DNA from: Lytechinus pictus
Taxonomy: Eukaryota
Assembly (NCBI RefSeq): GCF_037042905.1
Contig: NC_087252.1
Coordinates: 13,332,001-13,396,000, forward strand
DNA length: 64,000 bases
Direction of reading: 5' to 3'
Shown: positions 63,501-64,000 of the stretch, one piece after another
Layout of the letters: each line of letters begins with the position of its first letter
Position numbering within the stretch: the stretch's first letter is position 1
Position numbers and translations under genes: made by a program
Notes under the pieces: generated by a model
What the model saw: the letters and a program-made list of their open reading frames with translations, nothing else
What the model was told of the DNA's origin: nothing
The model's database searches: none

Positions 63501-64000
63501 ACACGTGCTTTTCGCATTGCACAACAAAATTTTTGTTTTGGTGTTTAATGCAAGCGATGAGAGATGGCGCTATTCTAAATGTGTCAATGGACGGACAGAA
63601 AGAAACTTATCGATGTTTAATTTGATTTGGGACTTTCATGGGTTCTCATTTTTCGCGCATAAATCAATAATGTGGAGTAGCGGGAGTAGCCCAAGAGATG
63701 ATGCCTGTTTCATTTTAACTAGCTGGTCAAGAGATGAATCGAATGGAATCAATAAAGACGGAGTGTGAAATAATTAGATAAATAGATAAAAAAAATCAAC
63801 GTGCAGAAGATTCCATTAGATAGGCTAGTCATTAGTGTACAGGGACCGCGAAACTCGGATGGGGGCTGGAGAGGTTTCAGCCATCTACTCTCTTGATAAA
63901 CCTGTACAAAAATGTGAAACCATCAGATCGGTAAATAGTAGTGATATATATTTTTTTATCTGATTCCAAAGAACAGCCGCTGCGGTATAGGCCCTACATG

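Overview
AT-rich (roughly two-thirds A+T by eye) eukaryotic, non-coding, repeat-dense DNA. The repeat repertoire resembles that of an echinoderm or other marine invertebrate, most likely a sea urchin; this is an inference, not a database match. No complete protein-coding gene is recognisable, and most of the longer ORFs in the track are translations of microsatellites or transposon arms. The window is best read as the large 5' introns of a minus-strand gene: a candidate non-coding first exon and promoter lie near 62.9-63.6 kb, and a splice-bounded exon at 8596-8776 ends in ATG-ATC-GCA-CAG|gt. About 40 non-autonomous elements can be delimited by terminal inverted repeats (TIRs) and target-site duplications (TSDs): TTAA/Kolobok-like, hAT-like, Tc1/mariner-like, PIF/Harbinger-like, 2-bp-TSD CMC/EnSpm-like and ATAT-TSD elements, many of them nested. 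Also present are a tRNA-derived SINE that appears split by 4.4 kb, LINE 3' ends, and two Helentron/HINE-like elements carrying tandem arrays with perfect nuclear-receptor DR1 sites. Other notable signals are a triple AATCT(T/C)GAGATT palindrome with K50-homeodomain sites at 14.2-14.5 kb, several RFX X-boxes, and a strong excess of TACATGTA (30 counted), which matches a Tc1-type excision footprint.
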